Source: Rozella allomycis CSF55 (lineage: Eukaryota). Taken from it: 64,000 bases of DNA. The position numbers and the translations under genes are program-made. The notes beneath the pieces are model-generated. The model did no database searches, was not told the origin of the DNA, and was given only the letters and a program-made list of their open reading frames with translations. The stretch is taken from contig KE561117.1 of the NCBI GenBank assembly GCA_000442015.1, positions 62,001 to 126,000 of the forward strand, in the 5' to 3' direction. Each line of letters starts with the position of its first letter. The first letter of the stretch is position 1. Below, piece after piece: positions 52,168 through 64,000 of this stretch.

Positions 52168-53276
52168 TTATTTTTTTGACGCCCCGAGTTTTTCAATCAA
52201 TTCTGGCACAGCTTGGAAGAGATCGCCAACGAGGCCATAATCAGCAACTTGGAATATTGGAGCATCGGGATCCTTATTTATCGCGACAATGACCTTGCTG
52301 TCTTTCATCCCAGCCAAATGTTGAATAGCCCCACTTATTCCTACAGCAATGTATAATTTTGGTGCCACTATTTTCCCTGTTTGCCCCACTTGAAGATCGT
52401 TTGGTGCATACCCAGCATCTACAGCTGCTCTTGAAGCACCCACTAAATTGTAGTTAAGAATTCAGTATACCTGCAGCCCCTATTGTGTCAGCGAGTTTGT
52501 ACATCAGTTGGAAATTCTCCTGATTTTTTAATCCTCTCCCTCCGGAAACAACAATTTCAGCACTTCCCAGCTCAGGCCTATCCGACTTGATTATTTCTTC
52601 AGCAACCCATCTTGAAGAACCTCAAATAAATGCGTAAATAAAGAATACATTCAATATCATCAAATTTAAACTCTTCGATCTCTACCTTTTGACCTGTTAC
52701 TGACTTCGAAGGGGCGAAGGATGACGGGCGGATAGTGACGACTTTAACAGAGTCAAGAGATTTCACTGTGGCAATTGCGTTCCCTATACTATCATTTATA
52801 TTTATTTTACCTGCATAAATTGAACGAACAAAGGTATCAGAGTCCTTAATAGCCATAACATCCGATATTTGCGCGACATCCAATAGGGCCGCCACACGCG
52901 GAAGGATATTTTTGCTGGATGCGGTGTGGGCGGCAATCAAATAATTGAATTTGAACTTATTCTGGACGCTTAGTATCGCTGGACATAAAGTTTCCGCCAA
53001 TGGGTGATCCAAGAGTTCATTGTCTATATGAACTACTTTGGAAACTCCCTCAATTTTTGAGACTTCAGAAATAACATTTTTGCAGTTTTTTCCAGCTACC
53101 AGAGTAGTAATTGGCTGGTTGAGCTGCCTGGCTGCTGTTATAGCATGAAGAGTACTTGACGCTAATTTGTCCCCTTTATGTTCAACAATAACCATGGAAG
53201 AAAAGAGTCTTTTAAAACCACCCTTTAATATACTTAATTGGTTAATTACATGAAACATCAATCGATTCAAAATCAT
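52168..53276 (-). CDS. ETFA: Electron transfer flavoprotein alpha subunit
   Basis: [56 protein letters not shown]. Confidence 0.95.
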
Positions 53277-53315
53277 TGTACTGGAAATTTTCAATTTTCA
53301 AAATCCAAAGTTCTC

Positions 53316-54387
53316 ATGGCAAAACTGCCTTGGACTGAGCAATCTAAACCAAAAGAGTATCGTGGTCACAAGTCAAAAGTAATAGAATTTTTTATTATAT
53401 ATTTAATAGGTTCATAGTGTTTCATGGAGCTGTGATGGGAAAAAGTTGGCATCTGGTTCAACAGATTCAACAGCAAGAGTCTGGCATGTTGAAAAGCAAG
53501 TATTATTTTTCTGATATCGTGTTTAAGCATCATGGACGAGATTTTGTTGAGCTAAGGGGTCACACGCAAGCAGTCGAACAAGTAGCGTTCCACCCAAGTG
53601 ATGCAGATTTATTAGCCACTACATCTTCAGATAAGACCGTTAGAATTTGGGATACTAAAAGTATTTATTTAAAGTTGCTGTGTTGTAGGTTTAAAATGCT
53701 TGAGGGAGGTTTCCACATTGGGTGAGAATATCAACTTGTGTTGGCATCCGAATGGACAAATGATTGCTGTTGGAAACAAAGATGATATTGTCGTTTTTAT
53801 TGATGCCGAATCCATGGAAATAATAAAGTCAATGCAATTTTCGTTTGAAGTGAACGAAGTGACTTGGAATTCTAAAGGGGATAAATTTTTCATCACAACG
53901 GGTTTAGGGACTGTTCAAATATTAAGTTACCCTGAACTTAATGTTGTATATACAATAAATGCACATACATCTAATTGTTATTGCCTAAAATTTGACCCAA
54001 AACATAGATATCTTGCCGTTGGATCAGCTGATGCATTAGCTAGTCTTTGGGAGTTGGACACACTAACTTGTTTAAAGACATTTACAGAAATGGAGTAAGT
54101 AATTTATCTATGAATAAAAGGTGGCCGATTCGATGTCTCAGCTTCAGTCACGATGGCGAATTTTTGGCAATGGCATCGGAAGATTCGCATATATTGATAG
54201 TAAAATTAATCTTACAGGTAAATTAAAGTGCAACACCGAAACCGGAAAGCAAGTTTTCAAGGTCCCAAGCAATAGTGCAACGAATTCGATTGCATGGCAT
54301 CCTAACAAATACCAATTAGCCTACGCGTGTGACGATAATGATCGATCTCGATCAGATTATGGAATATATGTTTTTGGACAATTATAA
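53316..54387 (+). CDS. THOC3: THO/TREX complex WD40 subunit 3
   Basis: GHKSKVHSVSWSCDGKKLASGSTD, GENINLCW, EVNEVTW, AHTSNCYCLKFDP..LAVGSADAL, WPIRCLSFSHDG; five introns. Confidence 0.9.
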
Positions 54388-54410
54388 ATATTATTAACAT
54401 TAATGTGTTT

Positions 54411-55511
54411 TTATTTATTAGTTATTCTCGGTTTAAATATTAAAAGCGCGACACTACATATAATGAGTACAAGTAGAAACAAAATAATTAGTTTCTTTCT
54501 GGCGCTTTTCTGGTATTCTTGACCCTTGTAAACTATAATATTTCCAAATTACTTTTTCTAATTGTTTTAATGCATCTTTGGCATACACTTGAACTTGTTC
54601 AACGTTGTAGTCAATTCTATCAAGAATGCTTCCTTGATCAATGACAAGCATGTTCAAGTCACGGAACATTAAAGCAAGGTCATTTATGGACCTCGCTATT
54701 TCAGCAATCTCTAAATCTCTTTGGTTGATCATTTGATCGTTTTGATTAATTTCCTGTATTTGTGCATCCGTAAAACCCTGTTAATGCAATATATAAAGTT
54801 TACCATGTCAATTGCGACTATGTCATTTGATTTTTCGTCAAATTGATGGCTTTGTTGATTTGACCCCTGTCGAGCCTGTAATTCTATAGCAAAACCATAC
54901 TTTCATTACTTTTCATGTAATTTGATTGAGATTTTCTAAATTGACTGGTTAGATCTTGAAGTTTAGTTGCTAATGATGTCTGGACATTCTTTGCCAAACA
55001 TTGTTCTTGATCGCTAGATAGCCTTGTAATCTGGGTTATATTTTTAATTTTATCTTGTGCACTGTGGAATTTCTCTATTAAAGACAATTTTGTAGCATAC
55101 TTGAGAAATCGACCGAGAGACATTTTCAATTGATTCTTCGGTGGCAGATAAATCATCGAAACCAGGAAGTAAATTCTTCTTTTGAAGAGATTGCAGCACA
55201 TTCACTATATTTAAATTGATTTGATATAGTACAATTTTCAATAATAGACTTCATGTCTTCTTCGACCTACTTGTTAGAGAATGAATTTGTTACTTTGTAT
55301 ACAATGTCCATCCTTTTTCAATGAGAATTTATATTTACCAAACTGGAGGGGCTGCTGACATATCAATTGAAACATTGGCGAATTTATCTTCAATGAGCTT
55401 CATGTTTTCTAAATCGCCGCTTTTGTTGAATTTGCTAATATCATTTTCCTTTTTTCTGGGAATTGACTGACGATACTGCAAGTAGAGATTAGTTCTGTTG
55501 CGAGTAGCCAT
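54411..55511 (-). CDS. TLG2: Syntaxin-16/Tlg2 Qa-SNARE
   Basis: MATRNRTNLYLQYR N-peptide, PPVW, LLPGFDD, VIDQGSILDRIDYN, C-terminal TM helix. Confidence 0.92.
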
Positions 55512-55585
55512 CTCGGGAAATTTCTGAATATACTTGTGAGAAAAAATATCTGAAAACTTTGTAAAATTAAATTGAAGTTGTTTAT

Positions 55586-57654
55586 TTATGAAAATAGTTT
55601 GATGAGACCGTCAGCGCCTGAACTAACCAACCAAGGTTGTTGAATATGGAATTGACAGTTGAGAACACCGAGCCCGCCTTTGTTTGAATGGCAGCGTAAA
55701 ATTTTAACAGGTACGATTAAAGGATTTTGCAATAAATCTTGGTAGACCATTCCATGATAAACTTGAGTAGTTCCATCATCAGAGCAAGAAGCAAACAAGG
55801 GATAATTGCGATGAAAGACAACATTTCTCACGGCCTTTTTATGAAATCTTAAAACTTTGTAAGGCTTTGGAGAAAGTTCCATATCAATCCAACAAACTTT
55901 TTTATCGTAACTTCCGACAATAATATTATCACCTGGATTGAAGAATTAAAAAAGTTTTACCTGAAGGATGAATGGACATGCTTGAAATCCATCTAAAACC
56001 AGGGCTTAATTTTCTAACTAGTTCTTGTTTAGAGAGATCATAGATTCTAATGAATTGTTGAGTCGCGACATAGAATAAAGGTCTCTTTGGATGAAACAAA
56101 ACGTTTTGAACAATTCCACCAACTTTTTTAAAAGGATTTTGACTAATTTTCTTTGAAAGTTGATGAATCAGAACCGATTTGCTTGAGTGGCCTTGTGAAG
56201 CCACAGTAGCGAAATAGTCACCCTTGTTATGCCAGACACAAGATTTAACTTGGGCTGAATGGTTTATTTCCAATTGAGTTTCATCAATTAATTTCCATTC
56301 AGCTGCTTTGGATTCAAAATTCTCAAGTTTTAAAATTTGTTTTGTGGATTCAGAAATTTCTTCGTCTGCAACGTCTGGATGAACAAGAATAATTTTCTCT
56401 CCAAACACAACAGCAAACAAAGAAATAGAAACAGAAGGATTCCAAACAACTTGTTGGATGACTTCATCGTAGGTCCAAGTTTGAATACAACGGCCAGTCA
56501 TCAATTCCCATAATTTAACAGTATTGTCATCAGACCCTGAAACTAACCATTGCCCAGTTGGATCTACAGAAACAGATCTAACCCTGCCAGAATGACCCTT
56601 GTACACAACTGATAAAATAGATGGAAAAGGTTTCAACTCCTTTGGATCAGGAAGTTTTGGAATCAATGACTCGGGATCTATATTAATCTATTTTAAAAGT
56701 AAAAAATCTGTTTTACTCTATTCTTACGAACACGTGGGCATAGATAAAGATCTAGGCACCTCTCAAATCTCTCTTGAAAAAATTTATTATAAGCAGGAAT
56801 GTGACGCATGCAATCAAATTTGCGTGGAATAAATGAAGTTTCTCTATCCTTAGCATCTTTAGCTTCCCACTCCTTCTTTTCTTCTTCAGTCATTAAATAC
56901 TCTTCAGGTGGGTTATAAGACTCTGCATGTCCAGGCAATTTAATCTTTGGCGCAGGAATCTTATCAGTTCTCTTTGGCTCTTCAGAATCATTCCAAATGT
57001 CATAAAATTGGGGTTTCTTTTCAGTTTTTGGTCCATGAGGAAGAATCAATCCCTTTCTTATAGCTCTAACAACCTTCATTATCTTTTTTTAAAAATTAAA
57101 TGACATTACCTTTTGATGTTCCCATTTGGATGGTAAAAATCTCCTCTTAGGTTCAGGCTTGCTTAAAACAGGATGAATACTTTGTTTGTAAGTAAAGAAA
57201 TCCACCGCATCTTCATAAGGATCAGCTTCCGTTGCAAATGAACCTTGCTGAAGCTTTTGAATAATATCAATTTCTTGCGGTGTTAACACTATGTCCTTGT
57301 CATCAACATCATCATGAATGGTTCTCCAATACTTCGGATCATCCATCTTGGCCAAAAACTTTTCAAGTTCATCTGCAGTTGCTGGCTTCATAATCTTTTT
57401 CCCGTCAACGTCATATCCGATATGCGGATACTCTTCGTACCACTCTCTAGGTACTTTCCCCGTCCTGTTTATTGGCCCCTTTTATTATTAACAAAGCTTT
57501 ATACCGCTTCCAGATCCGAATCAGAGTCTTGGTCGTCGTTGAAAACAACAGTCTTGTCTTGCTCAGATTCAAACTCTGTATTTTCAGTACCCGTCATTTC
57601 ATCTTCAGAATGAATATTTATATCCGCCTCTTCATTGTCTTGCTTTCTTTTCAT
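55586..57654 (-). CDS. ERB1: Ribosome biogenesis protein Erb1/BOP1
   Basis: [49 protein letters not shown]40 repeats, [12 protein letters not shown]. Confidence 0.95.
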
Positions 57655-57815
57655 ATTTTTTCTTGTGGCTTGGCTGCTTGACTGAATAGAGCACAAAACC
57701 AATGAATTGAATAATATTTCAATTATTGCATTATTTCCTTCAAAATGAATAATAATTATTAATATTGATTGTCAACTATTAATGATGCTATTTTGAATCT
57801 AATCCCCAAGCCACT

Positions 57816-58381
57816 ATGAATGGCAAAAACGAAAAATTTTTGGGCGTAAAGACAAGAAGAAGATCTTCAGTAAATAAAATTTGGTTTGGGGATCATATTT
57901 ACGCCATGGAAGATCCAAAGATTCTGAGTATACTGAGCAAGCATAATGAAGATCGCATAGAGTTTACTGACTATGCTTGGGAAATTACGTCAAAAAATAA
58001 ACCAAAAAATAGACTAATTCTAGTTTCAGGTAATGAATTTAATTTTTAGTGAAATGAAAAATATATGTACGTTATTGAGCCGACAAGCTACAAAATACGA
58101 GAACGAATTCCAATCTCCAGATTTGAAACCATAAAGATCAGTCAGCTGGCGGATAACTTTTTTGTAATTTCCATCGAGAATGGTTGTGATATATTCTTAC
58201 AATGCAGTCGTAAAACAGAACTTATTTCAAGATTGGGGCAACTCTACGAAGCACAGACGATGGAAAAGTTAACTGTATTATGCACAAACAGGTAATCTCT
58301 TTGGGTCATTTTTATTAGATTTACATTTAGATACGAAAAGAAAAAGATTAGAAAGGTCCTGTTTGAAGAGACAAACGAAGA
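57816..58381 (+). CDS. Motor-less myosin-I TH1-domain protein, 3' end lost in the gap
   Basis: GVKTRRRSSV..FGDHI..EFTD..RLILVSEKYMYVI..ISQLADNFFVI..KTELI; introns 58030-58056 (GT-TG) and one GT-AG. Confidence 0.7.
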
Positions 58382-58555
58382 NNNNNNNNNNNNNNNNNNN
58401 NNNNNNNNNNNNNNNNNNNNNNNNNNNNNNNNNNNNNNNNNNNNNNNNNNNNNNNNNNNNNNNNNNNNNNNNNNNNNNNNNNNNNNNNNNNNNNNNNNNN
58501 NNNNNNNNNNNNNNNNNNNNNNNNNNNNNNNNNNNNNNNNNNNNNNNNNNNNNNN
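58382..58555. other. Assembly gap
   Basis: Run of N. Confidence 1.
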
Positions 58556-61500
58556 AAAGTCGGAGAATTACATCATCAGTTGGACAGGATACATCTCCAG
58601 GAAGGTGGGTCAGGACCGCAGTTCTTGGCATCGTTGCAGAAGATTTTTGAAAGACTGTCACTGTTAAACGCCCCCATACAGGAAGACCAGAAGTACTTTC
58701 AAGTATTAAGAAGACTCCCGCCAAGTTATCGAGATTTCGTAAGAATGGCGGGTCAGGTGGATGTTACCCACCGTACGTTTGAGAAAGCCAAGGCCATGCT
58801 AGAGGATGCATGGAGAGCAACAGGTTAACTGGAGGCAGAAACTTCGCAGCAAGATCAAGCATTAGTTGCGAAACGAAGTTATAAGAGAAAAATTCAATGT
58901 TACAACTGTGAGAAGTTTGGGCACTACAAGAGTGAATGTAGGTCCAACGACAGAGGACACAGAAGTAAACAACTTTGGAAACCAAATGGAAGAGGCACAG
59001 CACTCGTGTCTAAACAAAAGGAAGATGTAAACGAAATCGCGTCTATTTTGGACAGTGGAGCATCAAACCATATGTCAGGCCAACTGAGAACTCTTCCGGA
59101 CCAACACATTGGAGCAGATAACACCAATTAACATCAGTACCGCAGGGGGTACAGTTTCGGCGACCCATAAAGGAATCATTGATTTCTCAGCATAAGTGGA
59201 CGGAGTATGTCAGGAGATCCATTTAATGAACGTTTGGTTTGTTCCAGGTCTTACTCACAATCTCGTTCGTGGTCAGGAATGTCAAGTCAGTTTGAAAGGC
59301 CGAAAAATATAGCAAGCGACATGCTCAACCCAACCGGGATCCGTCTTTGAAATAACTCAGGCTGTCTCGAAGGCTCTAGTAGCACAATCCGCCATCGAAG
59401 AATTACGGCACAAAAGAATTTGCCACTTCAACATGCGTCAAATACAAGAGATGAGCAAAATAAATATCCTGAAAGGATTGCCAGCCATATCCAACGCCAC
59501 AAACCACTTTTGCAGTTCATGCGCCAAAGCCAAGGTCCACGAAGAAGCGAAGCCAAAGACGCCAAAAGAACGACCACAGCAGAAACTTGCAGAAATCCAC
59601 TCGGATATTTGTGGCCCCATTACAGCATCACATTCAGGACTAAAATACTTTCTAACATTCACGGACGGATACAGCGACATGACCTGGATTTACTTCCTTA
59701 GAACAAAAGGTGAAACATTTAATTGCTTAAGAAGGTTCGTAAAGATGGTAGAAACAAGTGAAGGCATCTCCATTAAGACACTCATCTCAGATAATGGAGG
59801 GGAGTTTACGTCAAATGAATTCAAGAGATATCTCGAGGAGACGGGAATCAGTCATCGCACCACCGCACCATACAGTCCATACCAGAACGGTACAGCCGAA
59901 CGCAAGAACAGAACTATACTCGAATCCATACGCGCCATGTTGGCATCAGCAAATCTCACAAGTTGGATTTACCTTCAACAGAAGCCATATTTGTTGGTTA
60001 TGAGCCCCATGGTAACTGCTACCGATTCANTATTCGATAGTGCATTTGAGATGATTAAATTTGGAAGAAAGTTTTCAAACAGATGGATAGGACCATACAT
60101 GATAAAAGAAAAATATAATAATGGAAGCTTTAAGTTAATGGAACTTGATGGCACTGAACTCAAAACTAATATTCATGGCAATAGGTTGAAGTTATTTAAA
60201 GAGAGAGCTTTAAATAACAAAGTGCAGGGAGAATGTAAGGAAGAAAAAGATATTATCATCGATCCAGATCTAACATCATACATAGAAACCTATGNTACCG
60301 ATTCATCGACAGCAACGGAAAATTAATAAAATCTCGCAGCGCAATATTCGAAGAACAATCAAGCAAAAAAGAATCAAGTTGCATTTTGACAGAGGAGCTG
60401 GAAGATGAGGCTGATGAAAAGGAAAGTCAAAATCAAGCTTCAAGTTCAAGCCACCCGAAACAACCAGAGACACCACAGAAAAACACCACCACAAAGAGAC
60501 TTACTGAAGAACCATCACCGTCCGCAATCGGATTACGACAACAAAAGAAAATTGATTATAGTGAAGATCCATCAGACGCTGAAGATGACGCACGATCTGA
60601 AGCCGATGACGAGTACGTACCCATGGACCGTTCATTAGTGGCTTTGTCCCGAATTGCTGATCCAGACACGCTGACGTACAAGGAAACGAGAGAAAGAGAG
60701 AAACCGGAGACGAAGTGGATAAATGGGACGCATCAATCAAGGTGGAACTAAATAATTTGCAGAAGATGGGAACTTTTAGTTGGGTAAAACTTCCAGAAAA
60801 CAAGAAAGGCATCAAATCAAAATTGGTCTTTAGAAGAGAACGTGATCAGCATAATAACACAGTAAAGTACAAACGCAGATTAGTCGGAAAAGGATTTAGT
60901 CAAAATTACTGACTCGACTATACAGACACATATGCCCCCGTCCTAAAGATTGGAACACTGAGAGAACTATTGGCAATTGCATCCAAGAGAAACATGAAAC
61001 TGCAACAAATCGATTTTGAAGCGGCATACTTAAATTCAAAGCTGGAAGACAAGATATATTTATTACCTCCGGAAGAGGTGGAAATTGATAAAGAACATTT
61101 GTCAGGAGAAGGATGGGCGATGAAGCTACACAAAAGATTGTACGGACTGAAACAATCAGGTAGAAGATGGTATTTAACATTGGCAGAATATTTGGTCGAA
61201 TTGGGATTTAGTAGATTGGAATCTGACTGGGCAGTATTCAAAAAACGATAAATGGACGATTGCAATGATAGGAATTTATGTCGATGACCTTTTAATATTT
61301 GCGGAGGAAGAAAGCGAGATTGCAAGCACTATAGCGGAGCTCGAAAATAGATTTAAAATAACAAAGACAGAAGGAGGAGTTGGGTAATTCTTGGGAATTC
61401 ATATTCAGAAGACAGGATACAGCTTCCAATTATCTCAGGAAAGATTAATATATAATATTGTGAACAAATGAAAGAACTAAAGATTATTAATTACAAGCAC

Positions 61501-63652
61501 CCCAATGGAAGAAAACAAGAAATTAATAAAGGAAGAGAANACAATCGGATTAAGACAACGAAAGAAAATTGATTATAGTGAAGATCCATCAGACGCTGAA
61601 GATGACGCACGATCTGAAGCCGATGACGAGTACGTACCCATGGACCTTTCATTAGTGGCTTTGTCCCGAATTGCAGATCCAGACACGCTGACGTACAATG
61701 GAAACGAGAGAAACCGGAGACGAAGTGGATAAATGGGACGCATCAATCGAAGTGGAACTAAATATTTTGCAGAAGATGGGAACTTTTAGTTGGGTAAAAC
61801 TTCCAGAAAACAAGAAAGGCATCAAATCAAAATTGGTCTTTAGAAGAAAACGTGATCAGCATAATAACCCAGTAAAGTACAAATGCAGATTAGTCGGAAA
61901 AGGATTTAGTCAAAAATACAGACTCGATTATACGGACACATATGCCCCCGTCCTAAAGATTGGAACACTGAGAGCACTATTGGCAATTGCATCCAAGAGA
62001 AAAATGAAACTGCAACAAATCGATTTTGAAGCGGCATACTTAAATTCAAAGTTGGAAGAAAGGATATATTTATTGAACATTTGTCAGGAGAAGGATGGGC
62101 GATGAAGCTACACAAAGGATTGTACGGACTAAAACAATCCGAAAGAAGATGGTATTTAACATTGGCAGAATATAGATTGTACGGACTGAAACAATCAGGT
62201 AGAAGATGGTATTTAACATTGGCAGAATATTTGGTCGAATTGGGATTTAGTAGATTGGAATCTGACTGGGCAGTATTCAAGAAAACGATAAATGGAAGAT
62301 TGCAGATGATAGGAATTTATGTCGATGACCTTTTAATATTTGCGGAGGAAGAAAGTGAGATTGCAAGCACTATAGCGGAGCTCGAAAATAAATTTAAAAT
62401 AACAAAGACAGAAGGAGGAGTTGTGTTATTCTTGGGAATTCATATTCATAAGACAGGATACAGCTTCAAATTATCTCAGGAAAGATTAATAGATAATATT
62501 GTGAACAAATTAAAGAACGAAAGATTATTTATTACAAGCACCCCAATGGAAGAAAACAAGAAATTAATAAAGGAAGAGAAACAGTCAGAAGAAGATAAGA
62601 AATTTCCTTATAGAGAGATTTTGGGATCCTTATTATACTTAAGTAATGGCACGAGACCGGACATAAGTTTTGCAGTTGGCTTATTAGCAAGATTCTCTTC
62701 ATGCTACACAAAAATTCATTGGGAATCATTATTAACTTAGCGAGATTCTCTTCATGCTACACAAAAATTCACTGGGAATCATTATTACGAATCGTCAGAT
62801 ATGTTTATTCAACTAAGAAACAAAGATTATATATAAGCAATGAAAACCAAAAGGAATTAAGGAATTAGAAATAGTGGCATACTCAGATTCAGATTGGGCA
62901 GGAGATTCAAATGATAGAAAAACTACAAGCGGTTACTTTATGGGCAAGGCACTAGTTTATTGGAGACGTAAGAAACAAGCTTTTCACGCAATGAGTAGTA
63001 CCGCGGCTGAATACATTACACTATCAGAACGCGCACAAGAGGTTATTTGTCCAAAATCGTTACTAGCATGACTGCAATCAAGGAAAAGATATTTTGTGAT
63101 AATACAGGAGCAATAAATTTGAGCAGATCACTCGNTTGACGAGTCAGTGCATCAAATTTTGATTAAGTTCTATAACATCTTCACATATTATCAACGCCTC
63201 CAGCTTTTGGAAGGGGGTGATGTCATACTTTACCTCTTAGGGGGTCNTTTTATTGGAGAAGTAAGAAACAAGCTTGTCACGCAATGAGTAGTACCGCGGC
63301 TGAATACATTTCACTATCAGAATGCGCACAAGAGGTTATTTGGCAAAAATCGTTACTAGAAGAGTTAAGCATGACTGAAATCAAGGCAAAGATATTTTGT
63401 GATACTACAGGAGCAATAAATTTGAGCAGATCACTCGTGAGTAACAATAAAACGAAGCGTATTGATTTACGCTTTCATTTCTTAAGAGAATCAGTTGAAG
63501 AAAAGAAATTCATCTTGCAGTACATTTCTACAAACGAAAACTTAGCAGATCTACTTACAAAGAGCTTGGGACGAATGAAGTTTACAAAATTGATGCAGGA
63601 TATTCTGGCGAAGGGGGATGTTACGGAAATAGGAACATTACGCCAGAAATAG
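58556..63652 (+). mobile_element. Degenerate Ty1/copia LTR retrotransposon (mosaic of at least two copies)
   Basis: Gag remnant, protease LDSGAS, integrase (IHSDICGP, SDNGGEF, PYQNGTAERKN) ahead of RT (QIDFEAAYLN, LYGLKQSGRRW, YVDDLL) and RNase H (YSDSDWAG, ENLADLLTK); stops and frameshifts; RT duplicated across n61540. Confidence 0.92.
60031..60294 (+). mobile_element. Ty3/gypsy-type integrase C-terminal fragment between single-N junctions
   Basis: KFSNRWIGPYMIKE..GSFKLMELDG..IHGNRLK; the copia sequence resumes after n60295 with the same TACCGATTCA that precedes n60030. Confidence 0.7.
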
Positions 63653-63700
63653 ATGAAACACACTAAATAAATTCTCAGACGGGGAGGTCCCCGTGTCACA
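63606..63700 (+). repeat. Polypurine tract and probable start of the 3' LTR
   Basis: GGCGAAGGGGGA directly followed by TGTTACGG at 63619; LTR end not established (a CCGTGTCACA ends at 63700). Confidence 0.55.
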
Positions 63701-64000
63701 TCTTTAAAAACATCAATCTTGTCTGCACAAAATACAGCTATCACGTTCAAAAATCTCATGTTTGTATTAGCTTAAAGAATCGACTTGATATTTCTAAAGG
63801 TATTTTCACAGGAAAGTAAATGCCGACCCATTTAACCAGATTTTTTTATATTTAAAATAATTTATTTAAAAATTTACATAACGTTTCTTGAAAAGATTTA
63901 GAAAAATGATTTTAGCTTCCTCCAAGCCGAAATCCATATAACTGTATTACTTCAAACAATACATCTATCACTTTCAGAAATGTGATTTCAAGTCATTAAT

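Noticed and set aside
58050-58052. In-frame TGA as selenocysteine or readthrough if the donor at 58023 is used
   Set aside because: The GT-TG model at 58030-58056 fits the TH1 pattern better; no SECIS evidence and TGA is a normal stop elsewhere
60031-60294. Copia-gypsy hybrid integrase in ORF 59433-60326
   Set aside because: Gypsy segment is bounded by N junctions and the copia flanks overlap, indicating mis-scaffolding; 63136-63246 is similar
60526-62580. Retroelement with a tandemly duplicated RT
   Set aside because: Copies are separated by n61540 and are probably different genomic copies stitched together

Overview
Gene-dense, AT-rich eukaryotic nuclear DNA. Positions 1-58.4 kb hold about 40 tightly packed genes split by very small spliceosomal introns (those I reconstructed are 26-34 nt), which is why the ORF track is fragmented. 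After a scaffold gap comes a decayed, mosaic-assembled Ty1/copia LTR retrotransposon. Fungal-type genes (STB6-like, UPF0658, DUF1752, Byr4/Bfa1-like, GEP4) together with cilium/centriole genes (DNAAF6, SSNA1) point to a compact zoosporic early-diverging fungus or relative, such as a Rozella-like organism; this is inference. Best leads: (1) a protein whose N-terminus aligns without gaps to the prokaryotic AbrB/MazE swapped-hairpin domain, fused to two HMG boxes; (2) a minimal splicing system with an apparent 26-nt floor, frequent AAG/GAG acceptors and three GT-TG introns (two required by the reading frame, one by homology); (3) a recurrent AAGCCAC element next to start codons, and head-to-head genes only 25-39 bp apart; (4) mirror-image G/C skew domains across Nup98-96; (5) a p22phox-like gene, a heme peroxidase next to a PAN-AA5 copper radical oxidase, and a secreted ankyrin protein. 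All gene models were spliced by hand and family calls come from motif recognition, not database searches.
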